The notes under the pieces: model-generated
What the model saw: only the letters and a program-made list of their open reading frames with translations
Databases searched by the model: none
What the model was told of the DNA's origin: nothing
Shown here: positions 39,701 through 52,034 of the stretch, piece after piece
Position numbering within the stretch: position 1 is the first letter of the stretch
Layout of the letters: every line of letters starts with the position of its first letter
Source: Psilocybe cubensis
Lineage: Eukaryota
Reading direction: 5' to 3'
NCBI GenBank assembly: GCA_017499595.2
Contig: CM039004.1
Span: 2,170,001 to 2,234,000 of the forward strand
Length of the DNA stretch: 64,000 nucleotides
Program-made: the position numbers and the translations under genes

Positions 39701-40150
39701 CCTGGTCGCGAGTTCTGAGATTTTTTCGTGTAATTCTTGAGTAGATGCTAAAACAAATCTATTCGGAAGTAACCAGTTATTTTCCCCTCGAAAAACACGA
39801 CCTGATGTGATACGTACCGATTTCCTTGACCGGTGGTAAGTGACCCCTGATTTGCGTTTAGACTCTGTAACACAACTATTCCAGTGAAAACTCACATCAG
39901 GACAGATAGCACCGCAGCCTCTCTTGACGCAGGAGCTGCATGGAATCGCTCGATCGCACCGCAGCTTGAGCCTGAACAAGAACAATGGATCAGGGATACT
40001 GATCAAATAGAGCTAAGGAACGGGACTGATCGAGTACCTTCGGCATTCAGCACAGCTAAGACGAGTGGCGCCTTTTCTGCGTTTCTTTACGGTGCCATCG
40101 GCGCTGGGGGAGTTGTCCATTCGCCTCTCGTATGTCGGGGAGGGAGGCAT
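36738..40150 (-). CDS. Zn(II)2Cys6 transcription factor with fungal-specific TF (middle homology) domain, copy 1
   Basis: SCAECRRLKLRCDRAIPCSSCVKRGCGAICPD, coiled-coil LHEKISELATRVRELEDAL, AQSIGLHRD, RRRELFWEL, FSRPP. Start is uncertain (40150 or 40120). Confidence 0.9.
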
Positions 40151-42708
40151 CCAGCGTATTGTTGTGGTAGATGATGGGAGTGAAGAGGACAGGATTGACA
40201 AGTACACTCGTGGAATGCCCTTAGCCCGATCCTAATAAGATAACCGTAGCTTGGACCAGGGACGGGGATGGCCGATCCCATCAATCCCGATCTACTTCCG
40301 TCAAGTCCAAGGTGGCTGTGCAACATATCATTACAAAAACTACCAAATCTATGGCAAATTTCAGTCTTTTCGTCCTTTCTTTTCTCCATGAGGTCGAAAC
40401 CAGATATTTTCTGCTATTTTATTAGTCAACATCTTCAAGAGGGGTGCCGAAATATGTCAAAACCCAAGCCAATTATCCTCCAGACTCTGAAGGATAGCCA
40501 ATAATTCTTTGGCTTCAGCGTTGTGCATAGATGTTTCTATGATAGATACTTATTTGCGATAAGTACGCTCGTACCTTATCTATATCTCTTCCGCTTCTCA
40601 CATTTCAGCACGTTTTCTGGTCAGACGAAAGGTCAAGCTCATTAATCCAGCTAGTCTCCGTGACCTGCGGAGACAACATGGATCCCGATCTTCCGAGGTC
40701 AAAGATCACTAATCGAGATAAAGCTTGTAGAATAACCTCGTCTGTAAGTCTTCTCTACGAAACACACTCCTCGCAATGTCTTTTTTTGAAGACTTTTCAT
40801 GTCGTATGGGTGATTTGCATTGCACCAGCCAGTTCAGCTTATCACTAACAAAAGCGCTAGTAAACGTCAACAGCAACAATTCCTCGAGTCTGATCCACCA
40901 TCAATGATATCAAATAAAACCTCTGACGTTTCGAGTCCTTCATTTAATTGTAACCACCCTTCGCATTTTAGTGCTATTGACATCAACATACCTACCTCAA
41001 TATTCCCTGCACCGCACAGCATCTCTGATTTTATCCATCTATCAGTCCAATTGCAGCAACGTTTTCTCAAGCTCGGACAAATTTATTTTGCTGCTTTACG
41101 ATTTCTCCATTCTGTCCGCAAGTTCGTCCCGAGACAGGTATGCCGTAAACTTTCGAGCAAAGAGTAACCACTATATTTTGATATCAACAGATTCCGTACT
41201 TTGGAGCCTACGCAAATACTCTTCACGAGATAATCTCTTTCAACGGGCGGCGGTTCGGAATGACTCTGTCCGAATGACGAACACATGCCAGCGTCAGAAC
41301 TGACACACAGTGGTCCGTTTAATCCATCTCCCTGCCGCAGATGATTATACATTTTAGCCTACGGTATCCATACTAAAAATACACTTTAAACCCAGCGTCA
41401 TGGCGGAAAATCCTTGAATGACACACTCAACACTCGACTCCTGTCGACATCCAATGCTGCCAGTGCTACCCAGATTTCCCATGAAATAGCATCTCACATT
41501 CTAGGTCAACACCATTTTCAACCCGAGAACTCCAGAACCCCACAAGATTGTTGTACTGCAATCCGGGGTGCAACGGCGACATACAACACATTGACGGGAA
41601 ACAGCCAATCATCCTTGTGCCCCTTTCCGCGAAACACAGATCATACATCGGGGTACTATCTCCAATCAGTAAAAGCAACAGCAAAGTCCACGTGGGTTTT
41701 TCAATGCAAAAGTTATGCCAATTATAATCGGCGGCCCTCGGGGTATGGCGAGGGGGACCCCCGCGCATTATCGTTCCCTGCAGAGTCCACGGTGCTACAA
41801 TCCAGCGCGCCAGACATGTCGGATTTTGAGAACGCCACCATCGACGTACTCCGCTCAGCGGTGGTCGCGCTCGACATTACTCGGATATCTAGGGTCGCAT
41901 GCAAACCTGAAAATCTTTCTATTGCCATCACACTTCTTTCTTGAACGAAACTCGGTGTAGAGGTAAGAAGAAGCTCCCCTCAAAAAACGCAGAGCTAATC
42001 CCTTTATAACCCATAAAATCAACCGTAGTGACCGAAACCATTGATGTAATACGATACCCTTGACGACTTTGTGATGTAAACGACCTCTTAAAGCCAAAAT
42101 AACGAGTAGAGGATCAGACCTCCGACATGGCCTCCTGAGTCGTAAGGATTTGCTTTTAAATGGGGCTAAATCACTTCCCCGCGAACTTGGCATGTTCTCG
42201 ATCACGATATTTTACCAAAACCGGTATTGTACTTGCCATTTTCAGATTACAATTCCGCTATTTCATAAACTTTTACGATCAAGTTGCCGGAGGATGGTTA
42301 AATCATTGTGGGCGTTTAACTAGAGCAAAATAAACGCCCAGGTACACAGGCACCCGAGGGACTTGTAATTTATTATTATAAGCTTTAACAACAGGCATTT
42401 CAGAAGAAATAACACAAGGCAGACCGGAAATACACCAGGAATAAATCTATATAGTTTGGTATATTTCCATATCGGCGCGTATGCAGTACATACATAGTAG
42501 CTATATTGTAATCATAAGGGAGTCGTCGCATTCATAAGGCATGTCAAATCGAATCAAAGAGAAAAAAACGACTGGGATGGTTAATCATCCAACCCAACCC
42601 AATATAATAGGCAATTATCCAAATATTTGATCATGCAAATTCGTATCCATCCATTTAAATCCCCTTCCAAAAAAGAAAAGAAAAGAAAAAAAGCATACCC
42701 CATCCACC

Positions 42709-44709
42709 TTATCGCAGCCCTTCCAAATCCATGGTGGACATAGAAACATGTACAGGAGTGATGCCACCTTGCATCTCTTCCTCCGCCACAACGCCCACCT
42801 TCTCAAACCCCGCCGCAGTCTTTACGTACCCCGCCGTGCCCAACCCATTAATATCACTCCCAGGACTCACAGGCTCCGCCACACTCGACGCATCCGAGTA
42901 GCTGTACATCGAATCACGCTGCGACGGCATTCGCGTGGCGGCCGCATTCGTCTGCAGCTGCGGCAACACCAACGGCGGGGGCAACGGTGTCCGGCTCTGT
43001 TCCCGCGAATCGCTCGACGACGTACTCACCCGAGAGCTGAAAAACCCACCTAATTTGCGCGACAGCGGCGCGGTCGCCGCCGCCGTCCCAATCGGTGTTG
43101 CAGACGCAGGTGAGTGTGCCAAAGCGGCGGACGAGGACGGCAGCATGGGCGACGCTGTCACCGAGGCGGAATACGGCCCTGCACCCGAACTTGAATCATT
43201 GCCATTGCTGCCGCTCCCACTGCTATTGCTACTACTGCTCCCCCACAATTTGAAGCCCCACCCGGTACCCGTCTTCTTGGAATCCGAATATTCTTCTTCC
43301 CCCGTGGCCATCGTAGGCGGAGGAGGGAGCTTCACATGCGCAGGCGCGCCCTCTCCTCCCACAGCCGCTCCGACGTTGTTTTCCGCAATAAATTCTCTCA
43401 GCGCCGTCACACAGGTCTCGGAAGCTTCTTTGGCCTCTTTGGCCTCTATGAGATCGTGTTTAGCCATTTCCAGCTCGTCTTTGACAGCCTGGAGTTCCTT
43501 GCGCATGGCTACCATTTCGGCCGCGGTGGCAGCCGCCGCAGAATCAGCGGAGGCAGCCGAGTGGAGACCGTCGCCATCCGGCGATTGGCGTCCGAAAAAC
43601 CGTCGTGAGCCGCTAGAGGCTGGTGCGCCTGAGAGGATCGCCTCGGTCGCTGCGATATTGAATGCATGGGCATTGGGACTTGGTGTCATATCCGGAGTGG
43701 GGAATGCGCCAAAGCTCGAATCGTTGACGGAGGATATGCGTTTATGCCCATTCTGTCTCCCAGAACCCGTCAAAGGAACGAATGAAGCACGCTTTGACGA
43801 AGGCTGGTTGCCAAACGACGCCAGCGCGCCAGACGCACGAGCAATGTCAATAGGCGTCATGCTCTGCCGCTTCTCCGTCTGGAGTCGCATAAGCCCTCGC
43901 CTAGTAAGTAAGATGAATGAAAGGATCAGCGCTCAGCATCAAAAGACGTAAATACACCCAGAGCGATTCTATACATACCTGCTTTCCTCGACTTTTGTCC
44001 TGAGCAGACTTATCTGATCCTCGTCTTCTTTCATTTTACGTCTCATTTCCATCATCTGTTCTTCCGCCGCCGTCGCTTTCTCCGTCATAATCTGCAGCGC
44101 ATCCTGAGCCTCCGCCTCTCTTCTCGTAGCATCCTCCATCATCTTGAGCAAGTCGTCCCTCTCCTTCGTCATCTCAGCCAACGACCGTCTCAGCTGCGTG
44201 ATAATATGCGCCAAAATCTCCGGGTCGGGTGCAGGGTCGTCAGCGTGACCCTCCTGCTTCACACTATCCTCCCGCCTAACGTGCGATGCATCCGACCCCG
44301 CTCTCCCCTTCCTCGCCGAATGATTAACAGGCGTAACAGGCGGACTCTCCATATTCTCCAATTCGCGTTCCAATTCCAGACTCAAGTCGATAGAAAAGCG
44401 TCCTTGTGCAAGTTGCGCTTGTTGTTGCTGCTGGACACCGGCACCCTCGACACCGGCTGAAAGTGGCGCCTCAAACTCGACACGGTGGTAGTTTTCCCGA
44501 TCGTCGCTGAACGTCGGCGTAGGGCTGCCGCGGCGGGTCGTACTAGTACTACTAGTAGTGGTGGTAACAGGCAAAGCTGGTGGCTGAGCAGCGATCGAGC
44601 TCGACGAGCGGGTGTACGAAGAAGTAGAAGTAGAGGTAGAAGTGGAGGTGGTGGAAGAGGGAGATGAACCGCCGTTGGCGGCTGCTATTTGGATTGGCAC
44701 GGGTGGCAT
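42709..44709 (-). CDS. Uncharacterised protein with two coiled-coil segments and Ser/Thr-rich disordered regions (one intron, ~43900-43978)
   Basis: Two long ORFs join at KVEESR|RGLMRLQTE. Contains RFSIDLSLELERELE, PDPEILAHIITQLR, and heptad-like LQAVKDELEMAKHDLIEAKEAKEASETCVTALREFIAEN. Confidence 0.8.
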
Positions 44710-45705
44710 GGCACCTCGCACTCGCACTAGGTCTGCTATTTTTTGACCCTCTTTTGCCTTACTTGCTTGCTTGCCTTGTCGTGCAAGTCAAGTTCAAATC
44801 AAAATCAAAAAATCAAAAAACCAAATGACCAATGACCAAGGTGTTAAAAAAAACCGCCACGTCTATCTTGTCTTTGTCGCCTTGCACAACTGAGATGCCT
44901 GTTGCCGTCGTCGACCGGTCACCTTTACTCCGTTGGGGCGGTACTAAGACGACACGACACGACACGACACCCTTTAAAATTTCTCCTACCAATAAGAGGC
45001 TGACACGCCAAGTCCAAGTCGTTGGAGTTGGAGTTGGAGAGGGGTCTAGTAGTAGAAATGTAAAGAGAGCGAAATAGTTGTCATCCGCCCACTTCACAGA
45101 CGGGTATTAGGGGCAGATCCTGGGATATTTCCAGGAAAGTCTTTAACCGAAAACATCCACGAAACAAAATTATGTTCTATCTTTAGGTCACATGCCATCT
45201 GTCCGCCGCCCATCATTCCAATTTTCCATGAACATGAACTTGAACTTTGCTTGAAGTTACAACTGATTTGCATTGAAAACTGTCGTTACGTTCATGTCTT
45301 GAAAAAATTTAGTCTTGCTTGAGCTTGCAGGTTACGTGGACCTTCAAGCTTCAAAATTCAAGCTTCAATATTCAAAATTCAAGCTTCAATCCGTGATCCT
45401 CAGGCTATCACGATGAAAAGGCGTTCTACCCAGTCCCGAGTCCAATATGTTAAAACTTGTATTCCAATATCACTAAAGTTACCTTTATCAATCCAACCTC
45501 CAAAAAATAATCGCAGAAGCAGGGAAAAGCAGAAAAGCAGAACAGAACAGAACACGCAGGGGTATCCATCCATTAGTCTGTCCATCCAATACTCTACCAA
45601 CGACACCAAACAACCACCAAACCAAACCACCAAACCACCTCGGATCCATCTGATCCTTAGACTTCATCTTTCCCTAGAGACTAGTCCTACTTGACCATAT
45701 CCTCG

Positions 45706-45733
45706 TAAAGAGTAAAGAGTAAAGAGTAAAGAG
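45706..45733. repeat. (GTAAAGA)n heptamer repeat
   Basis: gtaaagagtaaagagtaaagagtaaaga. Confidence 0.85.
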
Positions 45734-46084
45734 TCAAAACTTCTTTCAAATCCAAATCCAAATCCATCTACAACAACTACACACTATACTACACAATATT
45801 TTCTTTCTTTGTTTTTTTTTTTTTTTTTTTGGAATAGCATAGCTGTAGCATAGCATAGCGTAGCTGTAGCTGTAGCACGCAAGCAAGCAGATGGGAAGAG
45901 GTGACGAGACCGGTGATGTATAATGAGGTGAACCAAACCAAGGAGATGAGAAGAGGGAAGGAGACCCGGAGGTGGAGGTGAAGGAGGTGAAGGAAGGAGG
46001 AGGAAAGGGTCAGTACGCCCGTACATCTATATGAATAACCCGCATTCACAATGTTCAATGTCCAATGACCAATGACCGACACCC

Positions 46085-46200
46085 GACCAAATCCACACCA
46101 CACCACACCAGACCCCAGACCTCCACACCAGACACCAGACCTCCACACCACACCACAGACCTCCACACCAGACCAGACCAGACGACCGCCAAACCACCGC
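46085..46200. repeat. C/A-rich degenerate minisatellite (~20-nt unit CAGACCTCCACACCA.. x3, within CACCA/CCAGA pentamers)
   Basis: ccagacctccacaccagaca ccagacctccacaccacacca cagacctccacaccagacca. Confidence 0.8.
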
Positions 46201-46568
46201 CAAACCATCCCATTCCATTCATTCAAGTTAACTTCATCATCATCATCATACACCCCACCCAAACCCAAGCACATAAAAAAACAAAATCGCAATTTCCTTC
46301 CTTCTTTTCTTCTTTGATGTATTTCTTGACGTTTTTCCTGACGTTTTTCTTGATGTTTTTTTCGAATGATTCGCATATATTTCAAAGGAACGCAGCACCT
46401 TCCTTGTTCTGCCATGTCCCTGCACGTCCAAGTCCAAGTCCAAGTCCATGACCATGTCTTTTTCTATCCCACAACCCAAAAAACGTAAAAGTCAGCACAA
46501 AACACCCCAAACCCCAAATTCACTGACCTATATGCCCCCCTCCCCTCCCCCACCCACCCAATAAAAAA

Positions 46569-49431
46569 TCACTCAGACAAATGCGTCAACGGATCCACAC
46601 ATATAATCCCATCCCTCTCACTCCACGGATACCCCCACCGATGCAACCACTCCCTGACACCCGTCGCGAGCCGCGCGCGCGATGCTCCCCGCGCGATGTC
46701 CTGTGTGCCTGTGTGTTTTTCTTCGCCTACTATTGCGTATGCTGGGTATGGGGATGAGTGGAGATTAGAATGGATTAGATGTTATGTGAGATGGAGAGAG
46801 GGAGGGAGAGGGACGAACCTAGACCGTAGAAATGTTCACTCTCAAGCTACACAAAGTAAACCACAATGAGCACAAAACCAAACTAAAGAGAGAGAAAGAC
46901 AAACAGCAAGCAAAAACTTTTCCAACACCTCTGTGGCCTCATTCGCATGGAGCCCATGAAGATCCAACATCGCCTCCGTCCTCTCCTCCGCACTCTCCCC
47001 CGCTCCCGCACCAACACCCACCAACGCCGCCGCACTCGCAACCCCCAACACAACCCCCAACCCCCCACCACACGCCTTCCCCCTGGCGCCCCTATCCCCC
47101 GGATCATCCGACCACGCCGCATCCCTGCTCCTCACCGCCCTCTCCGCGACCCTCGCGCGCTCCCTCACAAGCCCATCCACCGCCTCCCTCATCTCCACCG
47201 CCATCTTCCCATTCATCTCATGCCCCTCCCTACTAAACCGCTTCGCCGCCGCACCGTCTCCCCTCCGCCACGCATCAGCCGCTCTCGACAGACACGCGTT
47301 GCGCGCGGCGCCCAGCTGTAACGCGCGTTGTCGGTAGGCCATGTACATCGTGTTGACTGCGTCCCCGGTTGGTAGTGTCGGGAGCAAGAAGGGTGGATGG
47401 AGTTTGAGCCGCGGCGACGCGCGCGGCGCGACGATCGCGCTCTGATGGTGTAAATTATCAGCTGCTGTGCCCATCGCCTCCCGCCGCGCGGCTGCGGATA
47501 GATGATGATGACTATTGATACTCGCATTAATTCCATTTCCATTTCCATTCCCATTCGTCTCTTCCTGTCCTCCTATAGCTTGCTGAGCCGGTTTCTTGAC
47601 GGCAGCTGCGAACCGCGTACGACTCGGATCCGCATTATACGGCACAAACTTGCGTCCAGGCGCCCCCCCTCGCCCCGCACCATTCGCATCATACCCAAGC
47701 ACAGGGAACTCATCCACAGGCGGACCAGCCGGCTGCTGCTGCTGCTGATATTGCGCGGCAAAGGGCCCTGTACCCGGAGGGACATTCGCCTTGCTGAGCA
47801 CAGCATTCAAACTGGCTATATCGACATCTTTCGGCAAATGATGCAAAAACTCGCAGCTCTCCTGTTTAGCACACGTTCCGCGGAGCCAAAACCTACACAA
47901 CGCGCGTTCCAAGTCATGACTACAAAGAGGTCAGTATGAGGATAAAGAAAAGGAGAGAGACATGCCTGAAACGACAGTCCGCGCGCAGACATTCGCCGCC
48001 GACAAAGTACCTGCAGACCCTGTTACCTCCAGGGACAGGGCGTCCATTGACATAGCGCGGCGCAGGCCTCGCAGCTTGATTAAACGGAGCAGCACCCCCA
48101 CGCCCGCGCGCAGAGGCAGTAGCAGCATCCCTCGAGACAAGCGTAACACCCGCGCCCATGCGCTGCATACGTGCCTGCGGGGCAGGCGCAGCCGGGAGCG
48201 CACGGTCGACAAGCCACGCCATCGCGCGGTCAAAGTCGAATCCGTTGGCAGCGAGAGCGTCTTCGAGCTCTGACGGCGCAAGCGTCGATCCAAAGACGGA
48301 GCTGAGGACGTCAAAGGGCGTCATGCCATCGGTGAGGGCGGCAGAGGCCTCTTCGGACTCTGGCTCCGGGACATACTCTTGCGGGTAAAATACGCTCGGA
48401 TAGGACAGATCGGCAGAGTTTTGCCACGAGTTTGAGTCAAAGGTGTCGAAATCTGATATGGTGATGGAGTGAAAGGTTGGGATGGGGTTTGTAGAAAAGG
48501 GATCAAAGGGATCGTCCTCTTCATCGTCGTCCTTTGGACGGTGGGAGGAGCGGAGAGAAGAGGAAGGAGTGAAAGAGTGAGACTGGTCTGCGATGAGAGG
48601 GGCAGCGATGGCTAGATTTGAAGTTGCCCTGGGTGAATTGTGGGCCCACAAATCAGGAGAAGGGGTATCTGCACGCAAGAGGGATGCTGCTGAAGAGTGG
48701 GAAGCTGCTGCTGAGAGAGGACGAGGAATGGGCCTGAATTCGTTTGCCTTGGCATTGAGAAGACGGGGGGAAGAGATTGGTGATGCCGGGAGGGACGCGG
48801 TGAACTGGGTAGGTGGTGCCTGGGCATAGGTGAGAACGGGAGAAGATGAAGGAGAGTAGTCAGACTTGGAGGACATGGGAGCAAGGGGCGAGTTTGGAGG
48901 GCGGCGGAATATATTAATAAGAGGTGAAGTTGGAGCGGAGATGGGAGTTTCTGGGCGAAGCCTGTTGGAGGTGGTGGATGCGCGAGAGGAAGGGCGGGAG
49001 ATGGGACGACGAGTAGGGGTGAGAAAGAGAAAGGGAACACCAGCTACATCGTCCCTGTGCTTGTGCATGAGATCCAAGACACAATGCTCTACCTGGAATG
49101 CAAGTGAGTGGGAGGACATCGGGGGGAAAGAAAGAGGACATACACTGTGGTCGTCGACACCAAAGGCGGCCTTGAGGAGAGACTTGAGGTCGTCCTCGCG
49201 CTCGTCGATGAGGAGAGAGATGACCTGGTTGAGGAGACGAGGGGGCACTCTGTCGTTGTCGTCGTCGTCGTAGGGATCGAGGGGCTTGAACTGGCGGGCG
49301 AGAGCAGCGAGCTGGGCGCGAGTGTGGGGGAACTTTGGGGCAGGATTGTCATTGGGGAGACTGGGCTTTGGAGCATAGGGAGCGTTAGTACTGAGGGGAT
49401 CGTAGGGGGGATGGTAGGCAGCGGTGGCCAT
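46569..49431 (-). CDS. CCCH zinc-finger and Smr-domain protein with PAM2 motif and CUE/UBA-like domain
   Basis: LNAKANEFRP (PAM2); ELEDALAANGFDFDRAMAWLV (CUE/UBA-like); CRYFVGGECLRADCRFSH and CRFWLRGTCAKQESCEFLH (2x CCCH); RAADAWRRGDGAAAKRFSREG (DUF1771-like); LDLHGLHANEA and AYAIVGEEKHT (Smr). Confidence 0.88.
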
Positions 49432-49491
49432 GGTATGGTATGAGTAAGATGGTTGGAATTGACAACAAACAAAGTAATTATTAATACACTA

Positions 49492-50782
49492 CTAGCACCA
49501 GCAGAATCTAATGGCGCATTAGTAACGCCACACAATTCACGCACACACTTACTTTTCGTTAAACACCCAGCGCAGGTCTCCGCTGTAGCTCTTTATGCTC
49601 GACAAATGGTCCTCTCTTACCCACGTCCTGACGAATCCTGCAAATTGCTCCCGCAGTCCCCAGACCTCCACATCCTTTATCCCATGTCGACCCCCATGCC
49701 CAGCCACAACCCGCGCCAGCTTACCAATATCCTCTCTCCCCGCCCTTAGCCGCGTGACGAGCAGCACAGGCGCCCCGTTCTGCTCCTCGACCGTCCAGCT
49801 CGCATACGCATCTCCCCTGCGGACGCCCCAGTGGACGATGCCCAACTTGTCTGCCAGCCCCAGTCGCCGGATGACCTGAAACTCCCCGACGCCCTTGTCC
49901 GGCAAACACGCGCATACCCCGCCGCCCATCTCCTCCATCTCGCGCTTCATCAGCTCAGCATCCGCCTTCCAACACTCCCCCACGCCCTGCAAATCCAACC
50001 ACTCCCACCCCTCCTCCTCCTCACCCCCAACCTCATCCACCCTCCACCCACTCGACACAGGCTCCGTGACAACCCACCCCTCAGCGCCCGGCACAACCCC
50101 GCACGCCCTATAAATCTCCGGCCCGACATCGCTATACAGCGTCGAAAACGCCGCGTCCCCCCCATGTCCCTCCAGCACCTGCTCCGCGTCCGCCCACCCC
50201 GACCCCGCGCGATCCGGCGGCGCACCCCACACCTCCCTCGGGAACTCGGGCAGCCATTCAGCGGGCGCAAGCACCCAGTGCACCATCCGCATCAGATGCG
50301 TCCCGTACCCCTTCTTCCGGTGCCGCGGTGCAGTGAACAGCGATGCCAGCCCGTAACACGCTACCTCCCTCCCCTTTTCCGCCCCCGCGTCCACCACGAA
50401 TCCCTCGCGTTTGAATCTGCCCTAATCAGTCGTTGACATCACTCCAATCCAAATCCACTCACGTCTCGATCGAGCAGAAAAAGTCCAAGCTCTTGGGATC
50501 ATCCCTCCGCGCCAACACCCTAACCAACACATCACATCCAGTCCTCTCACCACACGTACAAAAACCCACTCACCAAGTAACAAGCTTCCCGTCCCTCGCA
50601 ACCTCATGCCCATCCATAACCGCATCCCTCGCCAAATACTCCTCCAACGTCATCCCCCTACCCCACGCCTCATACGATCTCCTGCGCGATTCCACAATCT
50701 GCGCTCGCGTCGCAGGGAATATCGACACATCCGCCAACGCCACCCTCTCTGTTTCCTGTACACTACTAGTGCTATCCGACAT
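49492..50782 (-). CDS. GNAT-family N-acetyltransferase (Lyc1-like lysine acetyltransferase)
   Basis: WGRGMTLEEYLARD, acetyl-CoA motif A YGLASLFTAPRHRKKGYGTHLM, STLYSDVGPEIY. Spliced C-terminus RWVFNEKFCWC*. Confidence 0.85.
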
Positions 50783-51696
50783 GGTTGCTACACTCTTGAA
50801 AATATCGGATATCGATTTGTGCTTTTTTATGGTCTATATTTATCTGTTTCGGCAAATGTAATCTTATCGCTACCGGCTGCAACCTCCATCACAACATCAT
50901 CTCGCGCCCCCATCGTCCGCCAAAACCAATCCCTCGACAACCCCATCCAATCCACACATCCGCCTGCACCTCCCCATCCAGAGACACAAGCCGCTGCAAT
51001 ATGCATACGGTGCAGCACTGGTACCCCCACACTTCCAAGTCTCGTCCACTCCAAGACTCGTCCCCGTCCCCAGCAAGCCTAAAGAGCTCTGGAACGAGAT
51101 CCCAAATCTCTCTCTCCATCTCCATCTCCGCGCATTCCTCTCTTTCCTCTCTATCTTATCCTTCATATAATACAATACTCCACCTGACAGATTCTATCCC
51201 AGCCAAACCAAAAAAAAAAATCGTATCGGAGTGTGCGCGGTACATCGCAAAGCTCATACGCTCGTAATCTTGTACGCTCGTAACGGGATCCTGGATTTTT
51301 TTGGGTCCATAGAATCTATAGTCTAGATGCAGTGACGGTACCGGAGTGGCCCAGATGCCAGACTCTGACCGCGCGCCACCCCTCCACATCCACCTCCACG
51401 CCCGCACGCACACCGCGCCGAGCGTGAACAAAACAAAAAAAGACACCCCGCGCGTGTGTAGGGCCCTCCTTCTACCACGTCTCCACGTCCACGTCCACGT
51501 CTCCTCGTCTCCTCGTCCTCGTCGGAGTCTCGCGTCTCGCGTCTGCACAAAAGCGTGTCGCAGGGACACGGTCGACGAAAAGCGTCTTCGCCAACATCGT
51601 CAGATAGCATCATTGCATTGCATTGCATTGTCCATTAACATCAGTGTCATTGTTTTTTCTTTCTTCTTTCTTTTTTTTTTTTGTTTTTACAACGGA

Positions 51697-51726
51697 ATGT
51701 AAATGTAAATGTAAATGTAACTGTAA
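51697..51726. repeat. (ATGTAA)n hexamer repeat
   Basis: atgtaaatgtaaatgtaaatgtaactgtaa. Confidence 0.85.
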
Positions 51727-52034
51727 AATGACACGGTTAAAAAAGCTCGTGTCAACCAACATATATACGCATCATGATCCAATCTTGTCGTCTACGCAGT
51801 GTATATATTAGTTTATCCGCTTGCTTCAGCTTCAACTTCAGCTTCAGCACGTATCTGTATCCTGTATCCAATTCAAAAAATAATTACCTATTTAAATATA
51901 CATTCCACATATTAAAAAAAAACCCTTCTGCAACCCACACCATCCAACACCCATCCACCCACCATCGCATCAACAAAGATTCACAAACATCACCCACCGG
52001 AGTAGCAGGAGCAGAGAAGCACTACGTTCAAACC

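Noticed and set aside
41414-41944. 176-codon ORF with internal MSDFENAT, superficially like an MSDIN leader
   Set aside because: It lacks the MSDINxxRLP leader and the Pro-flanked core, and has no other support. It lies in the upstream region of TF copy 1.
42935-43951. 338-codon antisense ORF
   Set aside because: It is the reverse complement of a GC-rich, Ser/Ala-rich coding exon, where stop-free antisense frames are expected.
46085-46200. CRISPR-like repeat array
   Set aside because: Eukaryotic context, and the units are adjacent degenerate low-complexity repeats without unique spacers.
45784-46479. Several ORFs rich in W/C/G/V or P/H/T, one with a Lys run ending YCVV*
   Set aside because: They are translations of CACCA/CCAGA repeats and a poly-T run. 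CVV* is not a complete CaaX.
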